Positions 26,137-35,631 of a stretch of 64,000 nt of DNA are shown here, piece after piece. The stretch spans positions 2,334 through 66,333 of the forward strand of contig JAZREU010000005.1 in the NCBI GenBank assembly GCA_045660925.1. Reading direction: 5' to 3'. The DNA is from Paludibacteraceae bacterium. GTDB taxonomy: Bacteria > Bacteroidota > Bacteroidia > Bacteroidales > Paludibacteraceae. The notes below the pieces were generated by a model that was given only the letters and a program-made list of their open reading frames with translations, was not told the origin of the DNA and searched no databases. The position numbers and the translations under genes are program-made. Position 1 is the first letter of the stretch; each line of letters starts with the position of its first letter.

Positions 26137-26760
26137 TTATTTAGTAATAATTTGCGCTAGTTGTTCTTGGTATCTTTTAACCTCGGGGTCATTGATTTTC
26201 ACGAGTTTTAATGCTTGATTAAAGACCCGTGGCTCACCCACACTATATTTGGTCTCCGTATATATCCATGCCATAAATCGCCTTCCGCCTATCATATTTT
26301 TATTAATTAAATCCAATGCAATCAATGCATGGATAAATTTTGCAGTTTTCGCATAATTGATTGTCTTTTTATTAGGAGCAGGCAGTGCTATAGATTTTAG
26401 CATTTCAACAATTTCCTTTTCGTGCTCCTTTGCAGCGCCAATAAGCGGCGATTTAAATTCATAAATTATCTGTTCCTCTTTTTCATTCTCTTTATTTATG
26501 ATATAATTATATATCACAATTGTCAGGAAGACAATAAAGAGAATTATGAACACACCAAATAGTGTATTAAGAAAGGGATTGAATCCTGGGAATAAAGAAG
26601 AAAGTTCAAGACCATCATCTGAAAAATGAAGACTCATCAGTTCTGCTATTATTATTGTAAATGCAAAGGCTGCAATAGCAAAAAGCGCAGCACAAACCCA
26701 CCAAAACAGTTTGTTTAATTTTGGGTCGTTTATTCGGAAATAGTTTTTGCGTTTAGTCAT
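26137..26760 (-). CDS. Hypothetical membrane protein (207 aa, two TM helices plus a soluble C-terminal domain)
   Basis: TM segments LFWWVCAALFAIAAFAFTIIIAEL and LFGVFIILFIVFLTIVIYNYII. Lies 32 nt downstream of the PLD-like gene. Confidence 0.6.
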   Translation of the reverse strand: MTKRKNYFRINDPKLNKLFWWVCAALFAIAAFAFTIIIAELMSLHFSDDGLELSSLFPGFNPFLNTLFGVFIILFIVFLTIVIYNYIINKENEKEEQIIYEFKSPLIGAAKEHEKEIVEMLKSIALPAPNKKTINYAKTAKFIHALIALDLINKNMIGGRRFMAWIYTETKYSVGEPRVFNQALKLVKINDPEVKRYQEQLAQIITK

Positions 26761-26792
26761 AAGGTATACAAATATTATGAGCAGTAGTCTTA

Positions 26793-27458
26793 TTAAATAT
26801 TTTTCGCGAATTTACAGTTTGGATAGTTAGAACATCCCAAAAACTCCCCATATTTTCCATTTTTATAGATTAGTTTTCCACCACAGCATGGGCAAGCATT
26901 ATCTATTCTATTCTTAAGTTCATGTGGCAATATAGAATAAAAATATTCAAATACATCGTAGGACTGAGCATCTATATATGATTTCACAGTATCAAATACA
27001 TCCCTATATATTTTTTTAGCATTCGTATGTACACCCAAGTCTAAACTATTACTTCTCAAACCAGCGATATTCTTTGAAGTAATAACACACTCATGTTCAT
27101 TCATATATATTTTAGCATGCACATCTCGTTGAGGTATATGACTACATATTTGTTCATCATAAAACCCAAAAGAAGTGACTAGAATTCCGTTATTATACTT
27201 CTTATTAAGATAAGTATAGTGCTCATCTATCAAAGCTCTATCTGCCTCATCACACATAAATAAAAAACGAACACCTCTTTTAAGACCATCTTCTATGCAT
27301 TCATTATATGCTTCATATAAAGGAAAAGTAGGATCCTTATGATGCCAAAAAGGAGAAATAAAAATCACAAAACTATTCGCTCTTAGAATTAGCTTTCCTA
27401 AAAGTTTCTCATGCTGATTGCGTTTTACTATTTTTGTAACAATCTTTCCGTTTGCCAT
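26793..27458 (-). CDS. PLD-superfamily (single HKD, Nuc-like) putative nuclease fused to a topoisomerase-type C4 zinc ribbon
   Basis: HKD-like motif VHAKIYMNEHECVITSKNI. C-terminal CPCCGGKLIYKNGKYGEFLGCSNYPNCKF matches the zf-C4 topoisomerase pattern. The assignment is from memory of the motifs. Confidence 0.6.
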   Translation of the reverse strand: MANGKIVTKIVKRNQHEKLLGKLILRANSFVIFISPFWHHKDPTFPLYEAYNECIEDGLKRGVRFLFMCDEADRALIDEHYTYLNKKYNNGILVTSFGFYDEQICSHIPQRDVHAKIYMNEHECVITSKNIAGLRSNSLDLGVHTNAKKIYRDVFDTVKSYIDAQSYDVFEYFYSILPHELKNRIDNACPCCGGKLIYKNGKYGEFLGCSNYPNCKFAKNI

Positions 27459-27501
27459 AATATCAATATAATGTTTAGCACTACCTTTCTAGTTGCGCTC
27501 G

Positions 27502-27533
27502 CAAAGGTACAACAAAATTTGTGGATTTGCAAA
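27502..27533 (-). promoter_or_regulatory. Promoter of the PLD-like / 2-TM gene pair
   Basis: Reverse strand: TTTG (27533-27530), 20 nt, TACCTTTG (27509-27502). Confidence 0.6.
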
Positions 27534-27681
27534 TTTTCAGTAGAAAAGTTTTAGAAGTTTAAGGGGTAGTACATGTTGATCTTATACTAAAAGTTGCTGA
27601 ATAACCTAAGAATAACCTATAAATCACCTATGAATAACCTAAGATTTATAGGTGCATTTCGGGTAAAAAAATATAAAAAAA

Positions 27682-27715
27682 ATCGCCATCTATGTCCCAA
27701 AACATAAATGGCGAT
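27682..27715 (-). terminator. Intrinsic terminator after the MFS transporter
   Basis: 13-bp stem with one mismatch (ATCGCCATcTATG / CATAaATGGCGAT), followed on the minus strand by an 8-T run. Confidence 0.75.
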
Positions 27716-27794
27716 TAGTAGGTATTTCTAATTTAGCACCCTATTAGTGCACTATTTTATTCTTATTTCTTATCTCGGCATTTGCCTCTAACGA

Positions 27795-29168
27795 TTATTT
27801 CTTGTTTGGCAACTCTAAGCCATAGCCTTTCTTTTTATCTTCTACTTTCAAAGCGAGGCTGAGCAAGAATGCCAGTACGCCAAAAGAAGCGAAGACAATC
27901 ATAGGTACTACATAACCATCGGTAGAAACGCGGAGCGAACCAATTAACATTGGCACTAAGCACAAACCGATATTCTGTACCCAGAAAATCAAGCAATATG
28001 CAGAGCCTAAAATCTTTTCATCAATAATCTTTGGAACAGATGGCCACATAGACGCAGGCACCAAAGAGAAACTTACGCCCAAGACCAAAATAGTGCAGAG
28101 CGCCAAAGTCTTGCTTGGATATGCTGGCAACACAAACGCGAAGATACTATGGCAGATAACCATAATCACTGCACCTACCATCATCATGGAAGCACCTTTA
28201 CCCTTATAGTCGATGAACATACCGAGGAATGGAGTCAAGACCATTGCCAAGATTGGGAACCATTTGAACAAACCAGATGCCTCAGCGTTGCTGATCATGA
28301 GGGTCTCCTCGAGGAAGTTGGTGGCAAAGCGTTGGAATGGGAAGATAGCCGAATAATAGAGTACGCACAAGAGGGCGATGATCCAGAACATCTTGCTGGA
28401 GAAGATCTTACCGAGGTCAGACACGTGGAACTCCTCGTCTGGGTCGTGCATGTCGGTAGCTTCGCCAATAGCGACGAGTTGCTTGTCGAACTTGGTATCC
28501 ATGATAGTGAAGACGAAGAAGTTGAGCAAGCCAACAACGAGCAAGAGGGCAGCGAAGAGGAGTGAAGCTACGACAGATGGATTGCCGTTGGTAGCAAAAT
28601 GCTCGCTGATAGCAGGTGAGAACGCCATGGCAGCGAACACACCAATACGTGCGATAGCCATCTCAAGACCCATCGCGAGCGCCATCTCTTTGCCTTTGAA
28701 CCACTTAGCGAGGATCTTGCTGACAGTAGTACCCGCCATCTCGCAGCCGCAGCCGAAGATCATAAAACCGAAAGCAGCCATCTTAGCAGAACCTGGCATA
28801 GCTGTCCACCAAGAGTTGAGCCAAACGATATTGTTGGCATCGAACCAATCGGAGATACCGATATATTTGATAGATGCGCCGAGCACCATCAAGCCCGCAG
28901 AGAGCAAGCCAGTGAAGCGAACGCCCATCTTATCGAGAATGATTCCTGCAAAAATGAGGAAGCCAAAGACACAAAGAATATACTCCGCAGAGGCGTATGT
29001 ACCGAAGACACCTTGATCCCAGCCGAGTGTGTCGTTGAGCACAGAAGCAAGAGGAGAAAGGATGTCCACAAACATATACGCAAAGAACATCATCGATGCC
29101 ACAAGCACGAGGACCGTCCAACGCGCAATGGCAGAGTCGCGGAGAGTAGATTGAAGGGTTTTAGTCAT
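27795..29168 (-). CDS. MFS transporter
   Basis: 457 aa, about 12 predicted TM helices in two halves separated by a charged loop. Confidence 0.85.
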   Translation of the reverse strand: MTKTLQSTLRDSAIARWTVLVLVASMMFFAYMFVDILSPLASVLNDTLGWDQGVFGTYASAEYILCVFGFLIFAGIILDKMGVRFTGLLSAGLMVLGASIKYIGISDWFDANNIVWLNSWWTAMPGSAKMAAFGFMIFGCGCEMAGTTVSKILAKWFKGKEMALAMGLEMAIARIGVFAAMAFSPAISEHFATNGNPSVVASLLFAALLLVVGLLNFFVFTIMDTKFDKQLVAIGEATDMHDPDEEFHVSDLGKIFSSKMFWIIALLCVLYYSAIFPFQRFATNFLEETLMISNAEASGLFKWFPILAMVLTPFLGMFIDYKGKGASMMMVGAVIMVICHSIFAFVLPAYPSKTLALCTILVLGVSFSLVPASMWPSVPKIIDEKILGSAYCLIFWVQNIGLCLVPMLIGSLRVSTDGYVVPMIVFASFGVLAFLLSLALKVEDKKKGYGLELPNKK

Positions 29169-29175
29169 AATTTTG

Positions 29176-29199
29176 AATTTTGAATTAAGAATTATGAGT
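29176..29199. repeat. Second copy of the 24-bp word, embedded in a (TTTTGAA)n-like heptad run, 8 nt upstream of the MFS start
   Basis: aattttg aattttg aattaag aattatg agt. Identical to 22872-22895. Confidence 0.9.
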
Positions 29200-29201
29200 A
29201 T

Positions 29202-29324
29202 TTATAAGGCTTCGTCCTCTGGTTTGGGAGACAGAGGACGAGCTTGTTTCTTTTTCTTTTTTAACCATGCTGCTTTACGCTGTTCGTACTCAGCATAGTG
29301 GGATTCCAAATAACCGTCAGCCAT
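29202..29324 (-). CDS. Candidate small protein (40 aa) MADGYLESHYAEYEQRKAAWLKKKKKQARPLSPKPEDEAL
   Basis: ATG at 29324, TAA at 29204-29202; too short for the ORF track. It resembles small proteins I recall as conserved in Bacteroidales (MAD..LE.HY..YE.RKA.WLKKK ... EDEAL). It also contains a 10-bp hairpin (29212-29241), so it could instead be a terminator region. Confidence 0.4.
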   Translation of the reverse strand: MADGYLESHYAEYEQRKAAWLKKKKKQARPLSPKPEDEAL

Positions 29325-29346
29325 AAAGCAGCGGAGTTGGAATAGA

Positions 29347-29838
29347 TTATTGGATACCCAACTCTTTCTTAACCAAAGGCATCAGGTCAAGCGCATCGGG
29401 TGCGATATAGTGCAAGGTCATTGCCTCAAACACATAGGTGCAACCTTGAGCTTGGCTCACCTTCTTGACAGCATCCATCATACGTTGTTGAACTGGTGCC
29501 ATATACTCTTGTTGCTTAGCCTGGATATCTTCTTGAGCAGTTTGGCGGAAGAGATAAATACGTTGCTCCATCTCTGCAATCTCTTGTTGACGGAAATCGC
29601 GAACTCCAGCAGTCATAGTAGCTTGGTCCTTTTGGAATGCTACTACCTTTTTGTTGAATTCCTCTTGCATGTTTGCAAATTGAGCCTCGTATTGAGTAGC
29701 CAAGGTATCCAATTTTGCTTGTACTTCTTTCAACTCTGGCATAGACGCCAAGAGTTCTTGTGCATTGATGTGTCCGAGTTTTTGTGCGCTTGCCAGCATA
29801 GGCAATACCAATGCCAGCATAAGAATTAGTTTTTTCAT
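29347..29838 (-). CDS. OmpH/Skp-family periplasmic chaperone
   Basis: Signal peptide followed by a long coiled helical region. Located downstream of bamA. Confidence 0.88.
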   Translation of the reverse strand: MKKLILMLALVLPMLASAQKLGHINAQELLASMPELKEVQAKLDTLATQYEAQFANMQEEFNKKVVAFQKDQATMTAGVRDFRQQEIAEMEQRIYLFRQTAQEDIQAKQQEYMAPVQQRMMDAVKKVSQAQGCTYVFEAMTLHYIAPDALDLMPLVKKELGIQ

Positions 29839-29894
29839 TATTCTTTTATTTTTTATGTTAATATTATCATTTTGCAGGTAGCAATAGGCTTCGC

Positions 29895-30422
29895 TTATTT
29901 TGCACCTAATTTCTCCAACACTTGATCAGAAATATCGAGTCGGCTTGCCATATAAATCAAACTGGGGTCGGCAGAACGATCTTTCACCACATCATATTTC
30001 TTTTCGTTAGCTATCTCTTGAATAGCGTTGTATATTTCCTCTTGAATAGGCTTGAGCAATGATTCGCGTTTCTTGTACCACTCGCCTCCCTCGCCAAAAT
30101 ACTTGCGCTTGAGTTCGAGCACATTTTGCTCCTTTTCCAATATCTCATCTTCGCGCTTCTTTTTCAAATCGGGCGAAAGAAAAATCTGTTCGGTTTGATA
30201 GTTGCTCGTCAGTATTTGCACTTCTTGCTTAGCTGCATCAATCTCTTTTTGCCAACGTTTGGCAATCATAGTCAATTGTTCGTTGGCAGTTTCGTATTGT
30301 GGCAGATTTTTGAGGATATATTGCATATCAATATACACGGCAGAAAATTTTTGTGCCACGAGAGATGGTGTGTATAAACAACCCAACAACGCTACGATAG
30401 TTATGAATATATATCTTTTCAT
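29895..30422 (-). CDS. OmpH/Skp-family periplasmic chaperone (second copy)
   Basis: Same architecture; the tandem arrangement after bamA is typical of Bacteroidales. Confidence 0.85.
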   Translation of the reverse strand: MKRYIFITIVALLGCLYTPSLVAQKFSAVYIDMQYILKNLPQYETANEQLTMIAKRWQKEIDAAKQEVQILTSNYQTEQIFLSPDLKKKREDEILEKEQNVLELKRKYFGEGGEWYKKRESLLKPIQEEIYNAIQEIANEKKYDVVKDRSADPSLIYMASRLDISDQVLEKLGAK

Positions 30423-30443
30423 ATCAGACTTGGAATATAAACA

Positions 30444-33083
30444 TTATAATTCTTGTCCTAAGACGAAGTGGAATTGTGATCCACCATATTGATTGCTGCC
30501 ATTGATAGGATCGAATCCCCATCCCCAGTCGATACCCATAAGTCCGAACATAGGCAAGAAGAGACGCACACCCACGCCAGCTGAACGTTTGAGATTGAAT
30601 GGGTTATAATCCTTGATATCTGCAAAGCAGTTACCCGCCTCTACAAATGCAAGCGCCCAAATCGTAGCATTTTGCTCCAGAGCAATAGGATAACGAAGCT
30701 CCATAGAGAACTTATTATATACATATCCCATATTTCGACCAGTAGCAGGATCATAAGGGGTAAGTGAACCTGATTGATAACCACGCATAGAAATATACTC
30801 TGTAGAATAGCTGGAGTAACTGGACATACCATCACCACCCATATAGAAACTCTCGAATGGCGATTTAGCATTTCTATTATAGTGTCCTAAATAACCAAAT
30901 TCTGCACGTGCCATTAAGACCAGTTTGGAGTCGGCTGAAAGCGGAGTGAATACTTTACCTGAGAAACGCCACTTATGATACTCCAACAGGTTGTATTTCT
31001 CAGAAGTGGACATTTGCGCAAATTGCTCATCTGTCGTACCTTTGATAACCGAGTATGGGGGAGTAATCTTCAGTCCTAAAGTAAACTGCGAACCGCGACG
31101 AGTATAAATAGGATTATCTATACTGGAGCGAGAAAGTTGTAGGTTGATTGCTAAGTTGTGGCTCGTACCATCAGAGAGAATCATGTAAGGCCAATCCTTC
31201 ATCATATACATTTGGTAGCTCAACTCGGCATAGAATGAGAAATAATCATCGGGCCAATTCAGTCGTTTACCATATCCAAGACTCACACCAAATGTACGGA
31301 GGTATTTTTCGGGGTCAGCCTCAGACTCTTGTAGCTGCTGAAGATAATTGGAGTTGCCAGAATAAGCGTAGTAACTATAATAGGTATTATACAAGTTTTG
31401 ATACGCTTGATAATAGCGATCAGAGTATCCCGTTTGCGAAGCAAAGAACACATTGGCGCTCAACGAGTTAGGGCGTTTTCCGCCGAACCATGGCTCTAAG
31501 AAGCTAAGTGCAGCAGAGGTATAATAGACACCATTGGTTCGCGCATTGATACTGAAGGTTTGTCCCTCACCCTGTGGCACAATACGATAGCTCTTAGGAT
31601 TGAAGAGATTCTGGATTGCGAAGTTGGTAAACTTCAGACCTAATGTACCCACCAAACCAGTGGCTCCCCAACCAAGAGAAAACTCAATTTGATCGCTGGA
31701 TTTTGTTTCCAACTGATAGGTAATATCTACCGTTCCATCCTCTACGTTCGGCTGAATATCAGGCACAAGGTTTTCTTGGTCAAAGTGCCCCATTTGCGCT
31801 AACTCACGCAGCGAGCGCATGATGTCGGATTGACTATAGAGTTGTCCAGGTTTGGTATATAGCTCGCGACGCACCACGTGCTCATACACGCGCGTGTTAC
31901 CTACTATATTTATCTCGTTGATGGTAGCAGGTTGTCCCTCATAAATACGCATCTCAAAATCAATTGAGTCGTTGTCAAAGCGCACCTCTACAGGATCTAT
32001 ATTGAAGAACAAATATCCTTGGTCAGTATATAATTTGGATACTGCATCATCATCTTCGTTAAGGCGTTTGTTGAGTTCTTTTAAGTTATAAACATCACCT
32101 TTTTTGATGCCTAAAACCATATTCAAGTATTCGTAAGGATAGACAGTGTTTCCAACCCATTCAATATCTCCTATAAAGTACTTATTTCCCTCATCGATAG
32201 TCATATACACATCTACGCGAGTAGAGTCTTCGGGTGAGCGGACTACACTATCTGCTACAATAATAGCATCACGATAACCTATCTCATTATACTTCTCAAT
32301 GACAGCCTTTTTATCGTTCTCAAATTCGGATTCTACATACTTTTTAGGACGGAAAAGATTGATGATATGGTTATCATTTGTCTTTTTCATCGCTAAATTG
32401 ATTTGGTTTTCAGAAAGAGCCTGATTACCTGTCACATAAACGCGTCCAACCTTAGTCTTAGATTTTTTGTCCACATTTATTGCGACTTTCACATAACCAG
32501 GGTGGTCTTGGTCAGCTACTTGCAGCACATTGACAGTAGCCTCATAGAATCCCTTTTCTGCCAGATATTTAGTAATGACCTTATTAGCACGGTCCTCGAG
32601 GTCAGGAGTCATTTGTCCATCACGCTGAATACCCACCTTTACCTCTACATCTTCTATCTCGCTTTTTTTCAATCCATTATACACAACCTCGGAGATACGA
32701 GGACGTTGTTTAAGGGCTATTTCTAACCAGATTTTATCTCCCTCGATTTTGGTAGCCTTGAACTTAACATCCGAGAATAATCCTTGTTTCCAAAATCGCT
32801 TGAGCGACTTTGTTATTTGGTCACCTGGGACTTCAATTTTATCGCCGATAGCCAGTCCAGAGAAACCTATTAGTACAAAATCCTCATAGCTTTCTGCTCC
32901 AGTGACCGTTATTTGAGCTATTTCGTATGTTTTGGGTTGAATAGAATACTCAATGACGGGCAGACTATACTGCTCATTCACAGAATCCTGAGCCAAAGAC
33001 AAACTATCTTCTTGCGCATAGAATGGGAGCGCAAGAATAAGACCTAACAATATATTAATGAACTTGTTCACTTGTTTTTCCAA
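30444..33083 (-). CDS. bamA: Outer-membrane protein assembly factor BamA
   Basis: 879 aa. POTRA repeats followed by an Omp85 barrel ending in [13 protein letters not shown]. Sits in the uppS-bamA-skp context. Confidence 0.92.
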   Translation of the reverse strand: MEKQVNKFINILLGLILALPFYAQEDSLSLAQDSVNEQYSLPVIEYSIQPKTYEIAQITVTGAESYEDFVLIGFSGLAIGDKIEVPGDQITKSLKRFWKQGLFSDVKFKATKIEGDKIWLEIALKQRPRISEVVYNGLKKSEIEDVEVKVGIQRDGQMTPDLEDRANKVITKYLAEKGFYEATVNVLQVADQDHPGYVKVAINVDKKSKTKVGRVYVTGNQALSENQINLAMKKTNDNHIINLFRPKKYVESEFENDKKAVIEKYNEIGYRDAIIVADSVVRSPEDSTRVDVYMTIDEGNKYFIGDIEWVGNTVYPYEYLNMVLGIKKGDVYNLKELNKRLNEDDDAVSKLYTDQGYLFFNIDPVEVRFDNDSIDFEMRIYEGQPATINEINIVGNTRVYEHVVRRELYTKPGQLYSQSDIMRSLRELAQMGHFDQENLVPDIQPNVEDGTVDITYQLETKSSDQIEFSLGWGATGLVGTLGLKFTNFAIQNLFNPKSYRIVPQGEGQTFSINARTNGVYYTSAALSFLEPWFGGKRPNSLSANVFFASQTGYSDRYYQAYQNLYNTYYSYYAYSGNSNYLQQLQESEADPEKYLRTFGVSLGYGKRLNWPDDYFSFYAELSYQMYMMKDWPYMILSDGTSHNLAINLQLSRSSIDNPIYTRRGSQFTLGLKITPPYSVIKGTTDEQFAQMSTSEKYNLLEYHKWRFSGKVFTPLSADSKLVLMARAEFGYLGHYNRNAKSPFESFYMGGDGMSSYSSYSTEYISMRGYQSGSLTPYDPATGRNMGYVYNKFSMELRYPIALEQNATIWALAFVEAGNCFADIKDYNPFNLKRSAGVGVRLFLPMFGLMGIDWGWGFDPINGSNQYGGSQFHFVLGQEL

Positions 33084-33795
33084 ATCGTCTTTCTCTATGT
33101 TGATAATCTATAATCGCTTGATAGAATTCCTCTTCGGTAAACTCAGGCCACAGGCATGAAGTGAAATACATCTCTGCATATGCCAACTGCCATAGTAAGA
33201 AATTACTTATACGATATTCACCACTGGTACGAATAAGCAGGTCAGGATCAGGCATATTGGCTGTAGTCATGTATGATGCTACTACCTCTTCGTTGATATC
33301 CTCGACCAACAAATCACCTTTTTGCACTGCCATAGCTATTGACTTTGAGGCATTTATTATCTCCCAGCGCGAACTATAGCTGAGTGCTATGACCAAACGA
33401 AGTCCTGTATTACTGCTCGTTTGCTCTATGCACGCCCGAAACTTATTCTTCGTATTTTCAGGCAGACGCTCTAAATCACCTATCGTCAATAAACGGATAT
33501 TATTTTTCATCAAAGTAGGCGTTTCTTTGGCTATAGTATCCACCAACAACGCCATCAATGAGTCCACTTCCTCTTTTGGACGATTCCAATTTTCGGTAGA
33601 AAAAGCATATAGCGTTAGATATTCAACACCTAATTGGGCAGCTGCTTCGGTAATAGTATGCACCGTTTCCACACCCTGTCGGTGTCCAAACATACGTGCC
33701 ATACCTTTTCGTTTAGCCCAACGCCCATTACCATCCATGATAATAGCAATATGACGAGGGATTCGATCGCTTTGTATCTGACTCTTGATGCTCAT
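33055..33795 (-). CDS. uppS: Isoprenyl transferase (undecaprenyl-diphosphate synthase)
   Basis: Motifs [13 protein letters not shown] and [20 protein letters not shown]. Its 3' end overlaps the bamA start by 29 nt. Confidence 0.93.
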   Translation of the reverse strand: MSIKSQIQSDRIPRHIAIIMDGNGRWAKRKGMARMFGHRQGVETVHTITEAAAQLGVEYLTLYAFSTENWNRPKEEVDSLMALLVDTIAKETPTLMKNNIRLLTIGDLERLPENTKNKFRACIEQTSSNTGLRLVIALSYSSRWEIINASKSIAMAVQKGDLLVEDINEEVVASYMTTANMPDPDLLIRTSGEYRISNFLLWQLAYAEMYFTSCLWPEFTEEEFYQAIIDYQHRERRFGKTSEQVH

Positions 33796-33803
33796 CCTAA
33801 TTT

Positions 33804-34682
33804 TTAATCGTAATATACACTTCGTTTGATACGAGCAGAAACGGCTACCTTCTCATTGACGTATCTCTTATATTTATGCGAGCCAAACTCATATACCACG
33901 CCTATTGTAAGGGAGGATGTCACATCATTATTAAAGATATTAGAGCCATTCATATCGCGCGAATTATTCAAGACACCATTCTTGAGATCATGCACATTGT
34001 CTTCTTTATCGTCTATACCATAATCCACTCCATGCAAATATCCCTCGACATTGTCTAATAAATAGATATTGTGCTGCCATGCCAATTGCACTTGCCAACG
34101 CTCAGCAAATCTCCATTTGACCCCAAGCCCCACAGGTATATACACAGATATATTCATCTTCTTGAAATCCAGCGTTGGAAAATCCATATTGTTTTTGGCA
34201 GGCTTAACCGCCTTGTTATCCACAGTCATACCAACTCCTAAGAACACATAAGGAGAGAATCTTTTCACCCGAGTATCAAAAGACATAGGACCAAAGCGGA
34301 AGAAATTAAAATCAGCCACAGCGTCCACATTCCACATCGGATTCGCGTACTTAGAGGTCTCTGGCAACATCAAACCTTCCGCAGGCTTTGATGCATACAG
34401 AAAAGAAAGCGTCTGTCGCTGTACCTTACATTGGACTGCCCATCGCTGATTAAATTTGTAGCGTATTTGTGCGCCAAATACTTCGCGGGCTTCTACAAAC
34501 GGAATCTTGTTGGCATCACCTAAATAATACCCTACTCCCGCTTGCAGTCCTGCATCAAGGCTATACTCCTTTTGACTAATGCCCTTTACCTTATCACTTG
34601 CTTTTTGGATAGTATTATCTTGGGCACACAAAGAAAGGGAATATAGTCCGACCCACACCAATACAATTAAACGACTACGCAT
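33804..34682 (-). CDS. Outer-membrane beta-barrel protein (DUF6089-like)
   Basis: Signal peptide, alternating beta-strand pattern, C-terminal aromatic residue. Its position upstream of uppS is as in other Bacteroidales (from memory). Confidence 0.65.
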   Translation of the reverse strand: MRSRLIVLVWVGLYSLSLCAQDNTIQKASDKVKGISQKEYSLDAGLQAGVGYYLGDANKIPFVEAREVFGAQIRYKFNQRWAVQCKVQRQTLSFLYASKPAEGLMLPETSKYANPMWNVDAVADFNFFRFGPMSFDTRVKRFSPYVFLGVGMTVDNKAVKPAKNNMDFPTLDFKKMNISVYIPVGLGVKWRFAERWQVQLAWQHNIYLLDNVEGYLHGVDYGIDDKEDNVHDLKNGVLNNSRDMNGSNIFNNDVTSSLTIGVVYEFGSHKYKRYVNEKVAVSARIKRSVYYD

Positions 34683-34691
34683 ATTAATTGA

Positions 34692-35558
34692 TTAATAATT
34701 AATGACAGTACCACCACCCGAACGGCTTGGCAAATTATAGATAACGCCTAAAGTAACTGACACATTATGGGTGCTGGCTGCCTTATAGTCACCTTTTGCA
34801 AAAGCTACACCATCACCTTTTGGATAAACCAAACCTTCTGCTTGATCCTTTCTGTTTTTCCACACACCTTTGGTATAACCATCAAGATTGCCATTCAGCA
34901 AATACAAGTTATACTGACAAGCTATTTTTAATTGCCAATTGGCAGCCATGCGCACTTTCAATCCACCTGCAAAAGGAATATACAATGCAGCTGCCATCTT
35001 CTCGTTTTGCACTTTATCTTTTGCTCTTACCATTGGATAAGGAGTATTTCGTTGCAAATCAAGCCATCCCCAACGATACGTAGCTGCTTTATTGTACATA
35101 GTAGTACCCAAACCTAATGCAATATAAGGAGTCACAGTATAAATCTTGGCATTACGGTTCTCATAGAAACCATATTTTAAGATATTGAATTCTGCCATAG
35201 CATCCAAGTGCCACATACTATTGTAGAAATATGCTGTTCTTGGCTTTTCATACTCATCCAAGTACAAACGCTCCTCTTTGAAGCGTGTGCGCTGACGCAT
35301 AGCTTGCACCTGAACAGCCCAACGATTATCAATGCGATAACGCACAACACCGCCATATGTCTCAAAAGCAGGCATATCTTTCGAGTCACGCATCCACGCA
35401 AACTCATGTGTACGTTTGATACCTTCAGCAGGACTCTTATCTCCCAAGAAGAAGCCAGCTCCTACTTGCAATCCAAACTCAATGTTTTCTGTTTGTGCAT
35501 TAGCAAATAAAGGTGCCATCACCATCATAAGCACAAGAAAAAACTTACTCTTTTTCAT
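34692..35558 (-). CDS. Outer-membrane beta-barrel protein, paralogue of 33804..34682
   Basis: Shared blocks: RYK/RYRI-NRWAVQ, FNFF/FNIL..G, PY.ALG.G, WQLK/WQVQ. Signal peptide MKKSKFFLVLMMVMAPLFANA. Confidence 0.65.
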   Translation of the reverse strand: MKKSKFFLVLMMVMAPLFANAQTENIEFGLQVGAGFFLGDKSPAEGIKRTHEFAWMRDSKDMPAFETYGGVVRYRIDNRWAVQVQAMRQRTRFKEERLYLDEYEKPRTAYFYNSMWHLDAMAEFNILKYGFYENRNAKIYTVTPYIALGLGTTMYNKAATYRWGWLDLQRNTPYPMVRAKDKVQNEKMAAALYIPFAGGLKVRMAANWQLKIACQYNLYLLNGNLDGYTKGVWKNRKDQAEGLVYPKGDGVAFAKGDYKAASTHNVSVTLGVIYNLPSRSGGGTVINY

Positions 35559-35599
35559 AATAAACTTATCTTTTTTTTAAAATTTACACTTTTGACCTG

Positions 35600-35631
35600 C
35601 AAAGGTACTACTTTTTTTTGATATATGCAAA
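35600..35631 (-). promoter_or_regulatory. Promoter of the envelope operon (barrel paralogues-uppS-bamA-skp)
   Basis: Reverse strand: TTTG (35631-35628), 20 nt, TACCTTTG (35607-35600). Confidence 0.65.

Noticed and set aside
27703-27715. 13-nt identity CATAAATGGCGAT between the terminators at 20738-20750 and 27703-27715
   Set aside because: Exact 13-mers are expected to recur by chance tens of times in 64 kb on two strands. The extended similarity of the two hairpins is modest. They are noted only as ordinary terminators.
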